Assembly: GCF_009914755.1 (NCBI RefSeq)
Contig: NC_060931.1
DNA: 64,000 bases
From: the human T2T-CHM13v2.0 reference genome, Homo sapiens
Strand: one strand, 5' to 3'
Part shown: positions 30,532 through 46,346 of the stretch, one piece after another
Layout of the letters: each line of letters begins with the position of its first letter
How positions within the stretch are numbered: position 1 is the first letter of the stretch
Program-made: the position numbers and the translations under genes
The notes under the pieces: generated by a model
The model's input: only the letters and a program-made list of their open reading frames with translations
Databases searched by the model: none
What the model was told of the DNA's origin: nothing

Positions 30532-31977
30532 TTAAATCTAGCCAAATAGGAAAATTATAATGCAATAATACCAAGCAGGATTTTATCCTAGCATGCAAAT
30601 ATGATCCAAAATCAGACTATCAATAAAAATTATGTGATTATACAAATAGAAAACAAGAACAGGAACCAATAAAACTCAAGTTTCCCACAAAAATATATTT
30701 TAAAACTATCACAGTTATAATTTATCATTTGACTAGAGATTACATAGAATATAAGATGAGAAAATGAAATCATTGGCATAGCTTTTGAAAAAAAGAAGTG
30801 ACCTCTTTTGCCGATCATTAAATTTTATCCCCACAAAGTTCTAGAAGGCTTACTTCTTAAAAACTATAAAAATCAAAACTTTAAGTATAAAAATCAAAGG
30901 TTATTTATTAATGTGAGTGAATATAAAATATATACAATTTCAAACATCTCTAGTAATATAAGATAGAAAATCTATTATTAATAGCAATAAAGCTGTAAAG
31001 TATTTAGATATGAATTTAACAAAAAATGTATAGGATCAACATGAAGAAATTACTTATTGAAAGACAAATAAGAGACATTTAACATTATTAAGTGGGAAAA
31101 CAAATGATAAAAATTCAATTATTTCAAGCTTTATATATAATTCAATTTTAATTAATATTCCAATGCTTTTTGGGGGGAATATTGGATAAAATTATCTTAA
31201 ATTTTAATACAAGACTATATGAACAGTCACAAATTATCAAAAATAAAAGCTGTGAGGGGGAAATTTATTAAATAGAGCCACACAATTGAAATAGCATATT
31301 AGCCAGAGAAATACATTTAGGTGAATGAGACAAAATAGAGGCTATCATAATACATTGCAGAGTAATTAGAAAATTAATATATGACAGGTAATAGTTTAAT
31401 TTAGTATGAAAAGGATAGTTTAATAAACTTTATTGATAGCAATGGCTATCTACTTGAAAAAATTAAGTTGGGTGACTTATTTCAAACTATATTCCCAAAT
31501 ATTTCACAGATGAGAAGCTAAGGCATGAGCAGTAAATAATTGCTTTCAGCCACATGGCTGGTGCAGGTGAAGCCAGTGCTTGAGGCTCCTGTGCATCCTA
31601 CTTCCTGCCTCCTCCGAGTGGCCTGAGTGTGCCCAATGCACTTACATAAGGAATTATGCTTTAGGAGAGTCCCATGTAAAAAACAATGGCAGATGGGTTT
31701 CCACCTTTACCTGGGTTCTTTTGTTTTGTTTTGTTTTTGTTTTTATTCCCTATTCAATTTATTATTATTATTATTATACTTTAAGTTTTAGGGTATATGT
31801 GCACAATGTACAGGTTAGTTACATATGTATACATGTGCCATGCTGGTGTGCTGTACCCATTAACTCATCATTTAGCATTAGGTATATCTCCTAATGCTAT
31901 CCCTCCCCCCTCCCCCCACCCCACAACAGTCCCCAGAGTGTGATGTTCCCCTTCCTGTGTCCATGTGTTCTCATTGT

Positions 31978-35794
<3,817 letters not shown>

Positions 35795-35857
35795 TATGAT
35801 GTTAGCTGGTTATTTTGCTCGTTAGTTGATGCAGTTTCTTCCTAGCCTCGATGGTCT

Positions 35858-36870
35858 TTACAATTTGGCATGATTTTGCAGTGGCTGGTACCAATTGTTT
35901 CTTTCCATGTTTAGTGCTTCCTTCAGGAGCTATTGTAGGGCAGGCCTGGTGGTGACAAAATCTCTCAGCATTTGCTTGTCTGCAAAGTATTTTATTTCTC
36001 CTTCACTTAGGAAGCTTAGTTTGGCTGGATATGAAATTCTGGGTTGAAAATTCTTTTAAGAATGTTGAATATTGGCCCCTACTCTCTTCTGGCTTGTAGA
36101 GTTTCTGCCGGGAGATCCGCTGTTAGTCTGATGGGCTTCCCTTTGTGGGTAACCCAACCTTTCTCTCTGGCTGCCCTTAACATTTTTTCCTTCATTTCAA
36201 CTTTGATGAATCTGACAATTATGTGTCTTGGAGTTGCTCTTCTCGAGGACTACCTTTGTGGTGTTCTCTGTATTTCCTGAATCTGAATGTTGGCCTGCCT
36301 TGCTAGATTGGGGAAGTTCTCCTGGATAATATCCTGCAGAGTGTTTTCCATCTTGGTTCCACTCTCCCCATCACTTTCATGTACACCAATCAGACTTGGA
36401 TTTGGTCTGTTCACATAGTCCCATATTTCTTGGAGGCTTTATTCGTTTCTTTTTATTCTTTTTTCTCTAAACTTCCCTTCTTGCTTCATTTCATTCATTT
36501 CATCTTCCATCACTGATACCCTTTCTTCCAGTTGATCGCATCAGCTCCTGAGGCTTCTGCATTCTTCACATAGTTCTCGAGCCTTGGTTTTCAGCTCCAT
36601 CAGCTCCTTTAAGCACTTCTCTGTCTTGGTTATTCTAGTTATACATTCGTCTAAATTTTTTTCAAAGTTTTTAACTTCTTTGCCTTTGGTTTGAATTTCC
36701 TCCTGTAGCTCGGAGTAGTTTAATCGTCTGAAGCCTTCTTCTCTCAACTCGTCAAAGTCATTCTCCGTCTAGCTTTGTTCTGTTGCTGGTGAGGAACTGC
36801 GTTCCTTTGGAGGAGGAGAGGCGCTCTGCTTTTTAGGGTTTCCAGTTTTTCTGCTCTGTCATTTCCCCAT
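35858..36870 (-). pseudogene. L1 ORF1, disrupted
   Basis: Starts ATG GGG AAA TGA (stop at codon 4); coiled-coil fragment REEGFRRLNYSELQEEIQTKGKEV. Confidence 0.93.
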
Positions 36871-37908
36871 CTTTGTGGTTTTATCTACTTTTGGTCTTTG
36901 ATGATGGTGATGTACAGATGGGTTTTTGGTGTGGATGTCCTTTCTGTTTGTTAGTTTTCCTTCTAACAGACAGGACCCTCAGCTGCAGGTCTGTTGGAGT
37001 TTGCTAGAGGTCCACTCCAGACCCTGTTTGCCTGGGTATCAGCAGCAGTGTCTGCAGAACAGTGGATTTTCGTGAACCGCGAATGCTGCTGTCTGATCGT
37101 TCCTCTGGAAGTTTTGTCTCAGAGGAGTACCCGGCCGTGTGAGTTGTCAGTCTGCCCCTACTGGGGGGTGCCTCCCAGTTAGGCTGCTTGGGGGTCAGGG
37201 GTCAGGGACCCACTTGAGGAGGCAGTCTGCCCGTTCTCAGATCTCCAGCTGCGTGCTGGGAGAACCACTGCTCTCTTCAAAGCTGTCAGACAGGGACGTT
37301 TAAGTCTGCAGAGGTTACTGCTGTCTTTTTGTTTGTCTGTGCCCTGCCCCCAGAGGTGGAGCCTACAGAGGCAGGTAGGCCTCCTTGAGCTGTGGTGGGC
37401 TCCACCCAGTTCGAGTTTCCCGGCTGCTTTGTTTATCTAAGCAAGCCTGGGCAATGGCGGGTGCCCCGCCCCCTCCCCCAGCCTCGCTGCCACCTTACAG
37501 TTTGATCTCAGACTGCTGTGCTAGCAATCAGCGAGAGTCTGTGGGCTTAGGACCCTCTGAGCCAGGTGTGGGATATAATCTCCTGGTGAGCCGGTTTTTA
37601 AGCCCATTGGAAACGCGTAGTATTAGGGTGGGAGTGACCTGATTTTCCAGGTGCCGTCTGTGACCCCTTTCTTCCACTAGGAAAGGGAACTCTGACCCCT
37701 TGCGCTTCCCGAGTGAGGCAATGCCTCTCCCTGCTTTGGCTCGCGCACGGTGCACTGCACCCACTGTCCTGTGCTCACTGTCTGGCACTCCCTAGTGAGA
37801 TGAACCCGGTATCTCAGATGGAAATGCAGAAATCATCCGTCTTCTGTGTCGCTCACGCTGGGAGCTGTAGACCGGAGCTATTCTTGTTCAGCCATCTTGG
37901 CTCCTCCC
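36871..37908 (-). promoter_or_regulatory. L1 5'UTR internal Pol II promoter (sense minus; antisense promoter fires toward +)
   Basis: CpG-rich UTR; YY1 core CAAGATGGC at 37891-37899; activity not shown. Confidence 0.7.
37454..37642 (+). CDS. L1 ORF0 variant, 62 aa, C-terminally truncated
   Basis: MAGAPPPPPASLPPYSLISDCCASNQRESVGLGPSEPGVGY...IRVGVT* matches primate L1 antisense ORF0; translation not shown. Confidence 0.6.
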   Translation: MAGAPPPPPASLPPYSLISDCCASNQRESVGLGPSEPGVGYNLLVSRFLSPLETRSIRVGVT

Positions 37909-37944
37909 TGCAATTTTTATCACCCTGATGCGTTCTAATAAGAG

Positions 37945-38015
37945 TTCACTATGGCCCGTGAGCCAAATCTGGCCCACTGCCTGTTTTTACAAACAAAGTT
38001 TTATTGGAACACACA
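37945..38015. mobile_element. MER58A-like hAT MITE fragment
   Basis: atggcccgtgagccaaatctggcccactgcctgtttttacaaacaaagttttattggaacaca. Confidence 0.75.
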
Positions 38016-38135
38016 CAGTTTAAATAAGGACATGTAAAAATAAACTTACTAAAACAGAATATAAATCTGGAAAAAATTTCAGAGACTGTAAGCATAAAAT
38101 AGGAACTAGGTAGTTTTTAAAATTTTACATGTTTG

Positions 38136-38454
<319 letters not shown>

Positions 38455-38457
38455 TCA

Positions 38458-38627
38458 TTTTTTAGGAGATGGGGGTCTCACTGTGTTGCCCAGGCTGGAA
38501 TGCAGTGGCTATGCATAAGTACCATCATTGTGTACTACAATCTCAAACTCCTGGCTCAAACAATCCTTCTGCCTTAGCCTCCTGAGTAGCTGGGAGGTAC
38601 TACAAGTGCATGCCACTGGGCCTGGCT
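38458..38627 (-). mobile_element. FAM-like fossil Alu monomer (7SL-derived)
   Basis: Single arm keeping the extra 7SL segment cagtggctatgcataagtaccatc. Confidence 0.75.
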
Positions 38628-39009
38628 ACCAATACACCCAAAAGGAAGAAATGGAAATACTTGACTATAGAAAAATTTAATACTTTTTGTGTGGTAAGAA
38701 ACACCACACCCACAGTCAAATGCCAATTGTGAAAAAATATTTGTAATATATATGATGGAAAAAGAGGTTAGTAGACATAATTTACAAAAAGCTGCTGTAA
38801 ATCAATATGAGAAAGATAACCCAATGGAGAAGTGAACAAGTGCTATGAAAAAGCAATTAATCATAAGAGAAAACCCAGAGGTTAATAAACATGAGATGTT
38901 TCACCTCCCTAAAAAGCAGGAAAATGCAAATTAAAGTAATATACATGTATCACTTCTTGTTCATCACAATGGCAAAAATTAACAAGAATGAGAACCTAGT
39001 TCTGGCATT

Positions 39010-39150
39010 TCTTTATTCATGCATTCTTCTATTTAACACATATTTATTAAGTGCCTTACATGAGCCAGGCATGATTCCAGGTGTTGAGGATACAGCAGTG
39101 AACAAGAGACAAAAACCTCAGTCCTTATGGAGCTTGCAGTTAACTGGGGA
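39010..39150 (-). mobile_element. L2a 3' end
   Basis: atttaacacatatttattaagtgcct...ccaggc...gaggatacagcagtgaacaagagaca. Confidence 0.85.
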
Positions 39151-39654
39151 AAGTGGCGAAGAAGGTACTCATATTGCTAATGAAAATAGGAAGTGTTATA
39201 GCCTTTTGGAAAGGAACTTAATATTTATTAAAATAAACACATAATCAGCTTGAATTCTAACAGTAGACTTGAAGAGATTTCCATCATGTATAGCTGAGTG
39301 ACAAAAAGCAAGACTCTGGAATGTATATGATTGATTATCACATGGAAAAAAAAAAAAGCAATGACAGTCTCCTCCCCACCACCAAAGCATAGGTCTACAT
39401 TTATATACATCATTGATGTTAAAACCACCATCTAAGGTGTGAAAACACATGCATGAAACTGTTTACATTGATCAATTGAGGAGAAGTGGAATGGGGAAGC
39501 AAAAATCTCAAAAAGACTCAGCATCTACTCTAGAATTTCACATGTGATATCCAATTTATCTAAACACTTCTATATCTGATTTTTTTTTTACTTTCAAGTT
39601 TTAAATTCTACTTTCTTTTAGAGTTTTAGTCATTGCTGGTAGATGAAAACTTTT

Positions 39655-39870
39655 CTTAAAAAAAGTTTTTTACTCATCTATAATAGTTGTACACTAAAAT
39701 TTTAGGGGTAAAGGTGGTATTTTGATACTTGCATGCAATATGTAATGATCAAATCAGGGTAATTGAGGTATCCATCACCTCAGCTCAAACATCTTTTTAT
39801 GTTGGGAGCATTACAATTATTCTCTTCTAGCTATTTGGAAGTATACAGTACATTTTTCTTAACCATAATT
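39655..39870 (-). mobile_element. L1MA 3'-end fragment
   Basis: tgtaatgatcaaatcagggtaattgaggtatccatcacctca...ctcttctagctattt. Confidence 0.8.
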
Positions 39871-40379
39871 TAAATATCTGAGGTTCTATATCAATGAGAA
39901 TTGATGTTCATAGTTAAGCATCTCGGAGTAGAAACTCTACTGGCTATTATCTTTTTTCTTTCTACTTGAATGTTTTTTGAAACATTTTAATAAAAGTCAT
40001 AAGCATTGATTATGTATGTTCCATATCATAAAAGTATACAGTAAGATGAAGATAATATAAATGTCAAAAATGTAGAGGAGAGTTGGGCAGTTTGGGGGGT
40101 AACATAAGGACTTAAATTCCCATCTTTCATAGTTAGGAGTCAGTAGACAATGCCCAAAGGTGTTAATTCAAAATACAGAGTTAAATCATAACTTATTGCT
40201 ATGTAACCGTCAGAAAATATAAAACCAGAAATAGTTAAAAGAAGTTATCCCTGACATATAACAGAACTGACGTTTGGGTGGGCAGAATTGGTATTTATCT
40301 TCTATTGTAAATTGTTTTGTACTATTATATTTTTTTATCAGAAAAAAAAAATTGAAAATGTAATCAGTTACCAGCCAGA

Positions 40380-40520
40380 TAACCTCGAGCAAGTTACCTC
40401 TCAATGTCCCAGCCCCCTGCCTGTAAATGGGAAAATAGCAGCCATTTCATAGAGTTGTTGTGAGAATGTATGTGAATTGTTGACCACAATGCTTATGTCA
40501 CAGTAAATACTCAATACATT
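40380..40520 (+). mobile_element. MIR
   Basis: gagcaagttacctctc...ctgtaaatggg...catagagttgttgtgaga...cacagtaaatactcaata. Confidence 0.7.
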
Positions 40521-40714
40521 GGGGCCACTAGTTTGATTATAATTTAAGAGTTGTAAGTTGGTTCCCCTTTTTAGAGCCCCAGTATTTTCTCCTTATCCTC
40601 AACTCTACTCTCAAGCAATTAAGAGCTCTAGTTGAGGGGGGTTTTATTTCATTATCACCAAAAACAGACGACTAGGTATATGTGAAAATGTTAATCATGA
40701 ATGTGTGGATTTCT

Positions 40715-41010
40715 TTTTATTTCTTTTTATTTTTTATTGAGACGGAGTCTCTCTCTGTCGCCCAGGCTGGAGAGCAGTGGCGCAATCGCGGCTCAGTGCA
40801 AGCTCCGCCTGCCGGGTTCACGCCATTCTCCTGCCTCAGCCTCTCCGAGTAGCTGGGACTACAGGCACCCGCCACCACACCAGGCTAATTTTTTTTGTAT
40901 TTTTAGTAGAGATGGGGTTTCACCGTGGTCTCGATCTCCTGACTTCGTGATCTGCCCGCCTCGGCCTCCCAGAGTGCTGGGATTACAAGTGTGAGCCACC
41001 GCGCCTGGCC
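40715..41010 (-). mobile_element. Young AluY with a 12-bp left-arm deletion (AluYd lineage)
   Basis: tttcaccgtggtctcgatc lacks 12 bp (gttagccaggat); CpG-rich; perfect 16-bp TSD gaatgtgtggatttct. Confidence 0.9.
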
Positions 41011-41649
41011 GAATGTGTGGATTTCTGACAGGCACATGGTAGTCCTCACATGCTATCTGGAGACCTGCTCTATCTGCTTCTGGCAATGTGAGGGTTCCTC
41101 TCCACTATAAGAAACTCAGATGATATGTGGCATATGTGATTTATGATATGTGGTCAAAAAAGGATTGATTTGGAAAAATGTCTACTATATGTTATATGAA
41201 AAAATTTAGGACAATATGTATAGTCTGGATTTTTAAATTAAAATAGAAATATAAGGACCCTTATATGTGTATATACATATTTCCTGTAAGCATAGAAAGA
41301 TTAATTAAAATCAAGAGTTAATTTTATATCACATACTTTCATATAGCTAAATTATTACAAGAAGTGTGTAATAGTTTTATTATTAGAAAGCGCAGTGGCC
41401 CACAGCACTCTTTTGAAAGGAAACGTATAGATAAGTGGTCAGGTTTGGGTATGTGTACTCAAGGAGGAAATGTGGGTCAGTGGCTCACAGATAAGGAGCT
41501 CAAAAATTTACTCAGAGTTCTTTATTTCCCATGAAATACAGTATTGGTACCAGTTCAGTGCCAATAAAAGTTAATTTGTGAAAAAGAACTATTACTCATT
41601 TTGCAACTAAAATTATTTTCCAGATTAAGTCTGTTGCTTCTGTTCTTAC

Positions 41650-41725
41650 CATTGGTAAATCACCTGTTAAGTGTACCAAGCCATGCAAAGACATTTCCTA
41701 CTGGAACTATTAGCATGCATGTTGC
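41650..41725 (-). other. Candidate 76-nt exon
   Basis: ccactgacctttcctag|GCAAC...CAATG|gtaaga. Confidence 0.25.
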
Positions 41726-42474
41726 CTAGGAAAGGTCAGTGGAAACATTCTTCATCATTTGAAACGTTACTGTAGGAACCAGTAAGAATACTCTGCCTGA
41801 ATTATGGAAAACTCTTTCTAGACTTCAAAGGGCTTTTATAGCTCTACTTCTACAGAATCCCCAGTGTTTCTAAGTTGATGAAGTGATCCAAAGTCTGGAG
41901 GCTGAGACCATAGAGGTACCTTTGCAAATAAAAGGGTCTTGGCAGGGAGTCATGGGGGAGGCATGTTAAAATCTAAGAGGGCCATGAGAGAGAAATAATC
42001 TGCCACTGTCTCCAGGCTACACTCATTTTCTCCACGCATAACCTAGGGTTTCCTCTTTCGGACAACAAGAATGCCAAATGGGAATGCCACATTGAATTTG
42101 GTGGTCTTTGGAAGGTGGATGGAAGTGGAAAATGAAGATAATGAGAGGGGAGAAGACCCCTGGAAAAGAGTAATTGGGAAATCACCTACCTTTCTAAGAG
42201 TGGAGAGTAGATGCACCATTTAAAAACTCCAGGATATAACCTAGGATTTACAATTGCTATGTCATGATGGTGTCCCTTGGGGGATCCCTTTACCGTAATA
42301 ACTAGCAAGATTAAAAAAGTATTAGTAAGGTGTTTAGACATTCCGCAATGTATACATATATCAAAATATCATATTTTATGCTATAAACATATAGAATTAT
42401 GTTAATTATAAAAAGAAATAAATTGAGGAATAGACATGCAATGAAATACTGTCAAGCAATAAAAATGAACAACA

Positions 42475-42720
42475 ATTATTCTAAGTGAAGTAACTCAGGA
42501 ATGGGAAACCAAATGTCTTATGTTGTCACATATAAGTGGGAGGTAAGTTATGAGAATGCAAAGGCATAAGAATGCAATGGACTTTGGGGACTTGCGGGGG
42601 AAGGTTGGGAGAGGGTGAGGGATAAAAGACTAAATATCACGTAAAATGTTCACCGCTTGGGTGACGGGTGCACTATGAGCTCAGAAATTACAAATAGAGA
42701 ACTTATCCATGTAAGCAACA
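42475..42720 (+). mobile_element. L1PB-like 3'-end fragment
   Basis: attattctaagtgaagtaactcaggaatgg...aatggactttggggacttg...ttgggtgacgggtgcact. Confidence 0.85.
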
Positions 42721-43057
42721 TTGTAATAAAATTGTAATAATTTTGTTTTTCTCTATACTTTTCCCATCTAAGTATGAACTGCTAAACACTGTAGCTTAGC
42801 TTTCCAGGTGTTTAATCTTTACATAAATGAAATTATTCTTTACATAATTGAGATTAAGAATAATCTCACTGAAAATCTGGAAAGCCTAGCTATAGTGTAT
42901 AGCAGCTCATATTTAGGTGGGAAAAGTGTAGAGAAAAGCAAGAAAATTATTACCACAAAAGTCAAGTATCAGTTATCCATGGTGGGGAGGGGAAGGTTGT
43001 TTTGAGTGTCAAGGAGTAGATGTGGGGGTAGGTAGGGAAGTTATTAGTAAAATAAAC

Positions 43058-43088
43058 GGATTACAGGCGTGAGCCACCACACCTGGCC
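43058..43088 (-). mobile_element. 31-bp Alu 5'-end remnant
   Basis: ggattacaggcgtgagccaccacacctggcc. Confidence 0.85.
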
Positions 43089-43209
43089 AATACTTTTTTC
43101 TTCCACAACCAAACATAATTTAGAAAACTTAGGAGGAGAAGGAAAGCCTAGTGTTTACCCATATTTTTCCTTACTCTCTTCCTTCTTCATTCCCAATAAT
43201 CTAGTCCCC

Positions 43210-43495
43210 CCAAAACCTGAGAACTCAGGATAACCACTAATGTAGTCCAGGCCAAAAGCCAGCTTGAGACTCAGGAAGAATCAATGTTTCAGCTGAGTTC
43301 AAAGCCAGGAAAACAGCACAACAAAACACAATGTTCCATTTCAAAGGCCATCAATCAGGAAAACATCCTCTCTTACTCAGAGGTCAGCCCTTTTGTTCTA
43401 GTCAGACTATCAAGTAATTGGATGAGGCCCACCCACATTAGGGAAAACAATCTGCTTTACTCAGGCTCCCAACTCAAATGGTAATCTCATTCCAG
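43210..43495 (-). mobile_element. MLT2 (C/D-like) LTR fragment
   Basis: ttggatgaggcccacccacattagggaaaacaatctgctttactca...aatctcat. Confidence 0.75.
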
Positions 43496-45724
43496 TCTGA
43501 AATATTTGAGGCCAAAGAAAAATACCCAGATAACTCATCACCATGTTGTTCTTTATTCCCATATTCCCTAATGGCCAGCTTATTTTCTCTACCTTTCAGC
43601 ATTTTCTTGTTTGTCTTACACTGTTTCCAGAGATTTCAGTTGCACTTATCAGGAGGAATAGGGAAAAATATACTTACTCCATCTTTCCAAAAGCAAATAT
43701 AATTTGAGTTTTGAAGTTAATCTTTTTATCTCAGACACTGAGGGAAAATAATTCAATCACTGGTTGGTCAGAGAGATCATCAACACTAAAAATTCCTCCA
43801 TTGATTTCACCAAAAAGGTTCTTAGTCTAAAACCCCCAAAACCAATCTCAGGTCACTTTTTCTGTTTTCAAATCTGAGTCATGCTTTTCAGAAAACTTCA
43901 GTTTTGTTATTTACAATGAAACCTCCTTGAGGTCAAGGGCTACTTTTGTATTTCCATGGTTATTCAAAACATACTCGGGACATACTCTCTTTCCAGAGCT
44001 AGACTGAGAAAGATCCAAGAACAAGAAGAGCAGGTAGGAGTTTAATAATAATAGCATGGCTAAGGCTAAATACCAAAAATTAGGCCAGATGATTTTTGCA
44101 GAGCATCAAATAGTATCTCTAATTTTCACAATATCTTATAAACTGGCAACAATCTCCTTTTACAACTGTGGAATATTCCAAGAAATTAAGTGATTTCTCC
44201 AAAGAAACATAGCTTAGGAATAGCAAGGCCGCCAGTTGATTCTAGGATCCAAGGTTGCTCTTCCCTTTACATTATAAAAATATGGAAAGGAAAAGGAGTG
44301 GCTGGGCACAAAAATTATGGCAGAAGAACTGGCAGGACTTATTTACTGCTTAGCTTGGGGTGTAATGAAAGAGAATGAACCAAATACAACTTTGGAGTTA
44401 AGGTTCTTTGCAGAAAAATGATGGCTTCTTTCAATTACTAATCAGGAAGAGATTTAATAGCAGGAATCAGTGCTTAGGAAAGTATAGGGCAGGCAAAAGA
44501 GTAGAAGCTAGCCTAGGTCTCCAGAAATACTTTCCAGATCCCAGTTCTGACCTGCTGGGGACTTACTACTACAGAGACTATCACTGGAATTACTGAGTTC
44601 AAAAGTTTCACATGGATTTTTGACTGTGTGTTGGATTATTTCCCTTAACACCTGTATTGTTCAAGGATCAAAACCGTACTGGCATTTTAGTCTTTATATG
44701 AAGTTAGTTCCTGGGAAGGGATTAGGTAATTAGTGCCTTATTTTCTGTCCAAAAGCGAAAGACAATTCCTTTTGGAAGGTAAAATGGCTTTTCCCAGAAA
44801 ACTGAGGCAGCACGAATACAACTAATGGAAAAATACAGTGAGAGTTTCGGAGTGAAGATTTTGTAAACAGACAATATTAAAATTTTGTTATACCTAGTGA
44901 TTTCTATCAATCTAAATTTCTAAAAATCAAAATATGTAATGGTATCAAATTAAATAATACAAAGAGCTAAAATTGAGAAGCTGTAGTCTCCCCATCCCTC
45001 TCTATCCTACACCCACTCCGTATCATGTATGAATTGAAAGTGGAATAACCAAACAATTAATTGTTAATATAATACCAACTAGTAGTTTGGAGATAAGTGC
45101 AGGGTTTATTCAGGGGTCCAGGGTTACTATCCCCAACTGATCCATACACCAGGGAGAATGTTGCAACTTCATGATCATGTGGATTCACTTTTCACGCATT
45201 TTTTCAATTGTTTGTAGTAGCCCTGTCCCTGAAAACTCCCTTCTGAAGCAGCCTCTGGCTCCTGTCTGTACCTGCTGCTTTCTAGGCTCACTGCATAACC
45301 ATCGTCCTAGGAATCCCCGCTCCTGGCCGTTTTGGGTTGGAGCTATACAGTTTTCTTAAACTGTGCTTTCTTCCTTCCCTCCTGCATTTTGAATACATCT
45401 TTAAATGACTTTTGAGGAAAGGCTAAATTTTCTGTCATTGCTTGTCTGAAAATGGCTTTATTCATGCTCTTCCTTGATTGATAAAGTCATTTTGTCCCCT
45501 TAGAATGCACTGCTCTGTAACGTCAGAGAATCAGCATAGGCAGTTAGCCAAAAACTACTCTCGATTAATTTCTGAGACGCTTCCATCCAGAGGGCTGATT
45601 GATACGCTTTGAGTGTGTCTATGGTTAGATGTGTCTATGGGTTATAGCTTTTTCCTATTATAGTACATCTTATTAATAGCAAATTTGCCTTCTTAATAGC
45701 AAAAGTCACTGTTATGATTTCTAT

Positions 45725-46346
45725 TGTTACGGTTTACTTTTAATTTGATTTTGAGGTCTTTCTCTCAAGAGTGACCATAAACCAAGATAACCACTTTCTA
45801 GGAGAGCCCTGACTAGGAGAAAGTTAGATTCGGGTGTATCAGGCAGGTGAGACAAAATGAGGAGGTAAAACCAAATGCATGAAACACAAGAAGGTTATTA
45901 CTTACAGATCACATAGAGGTTAGGGGTGTCAACAGGAGGCTGACGGGAAGGCTAGAGGTGGCAGGGAGCTCAACCAACGGGTGGGGAGCAAGAGACAGAG
46001 AGAAGAGCTGTGGGGCCAGGTCTTTATTAAGGTGCACGGGTGTTAGCCCTTACACTTTCCTCAGGGGTTGTGAATTTTTTACTTTAAAGAAAACACCTGT
46101 GAATTGGGGAACTTGTTTACAAGACTCTGGTGTTAACCATTAAGTTTTATCACGGCAGCACCTGTGGAATATGTTGGGTTTGGTTCAATGAGATGAGGAA
46201 AAAACGGGCTGTATTGCAAACAACCACACAGGGAGGGAAAGTTTTAACTGGGCCAAAGGTGACAGTATATGACTGGGCTTCAAATAACTTATGGCAGTCC
46301 TAAAAATGGGTGCTGAGGCAGCACTTTATTAAACAAATTGATGACA
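45725..46346 (-). mobile_element. MER73-like ERVL LTR (3' LTR of the adjacent provirus relic)
   Basis: TG...CA termini, 622 bp; reverse complement starts tgtcatcaatttgtttaataaagtgctgcctcagcacccattttt. Confidence 0.7.

Noticed and set aside
38458-38627. 7SL RNA gene
   Set aside because: Only a diverged Alu-domain monomer lacking most of the S domain (FAM-like)
43678-43737. 60-nt minus-strand exon candidate with good splice sites
   Set aside because: The donor half appears to lie in an L1MC-type 3' relic and it does not fit the phase chain without a stop; left out of the model
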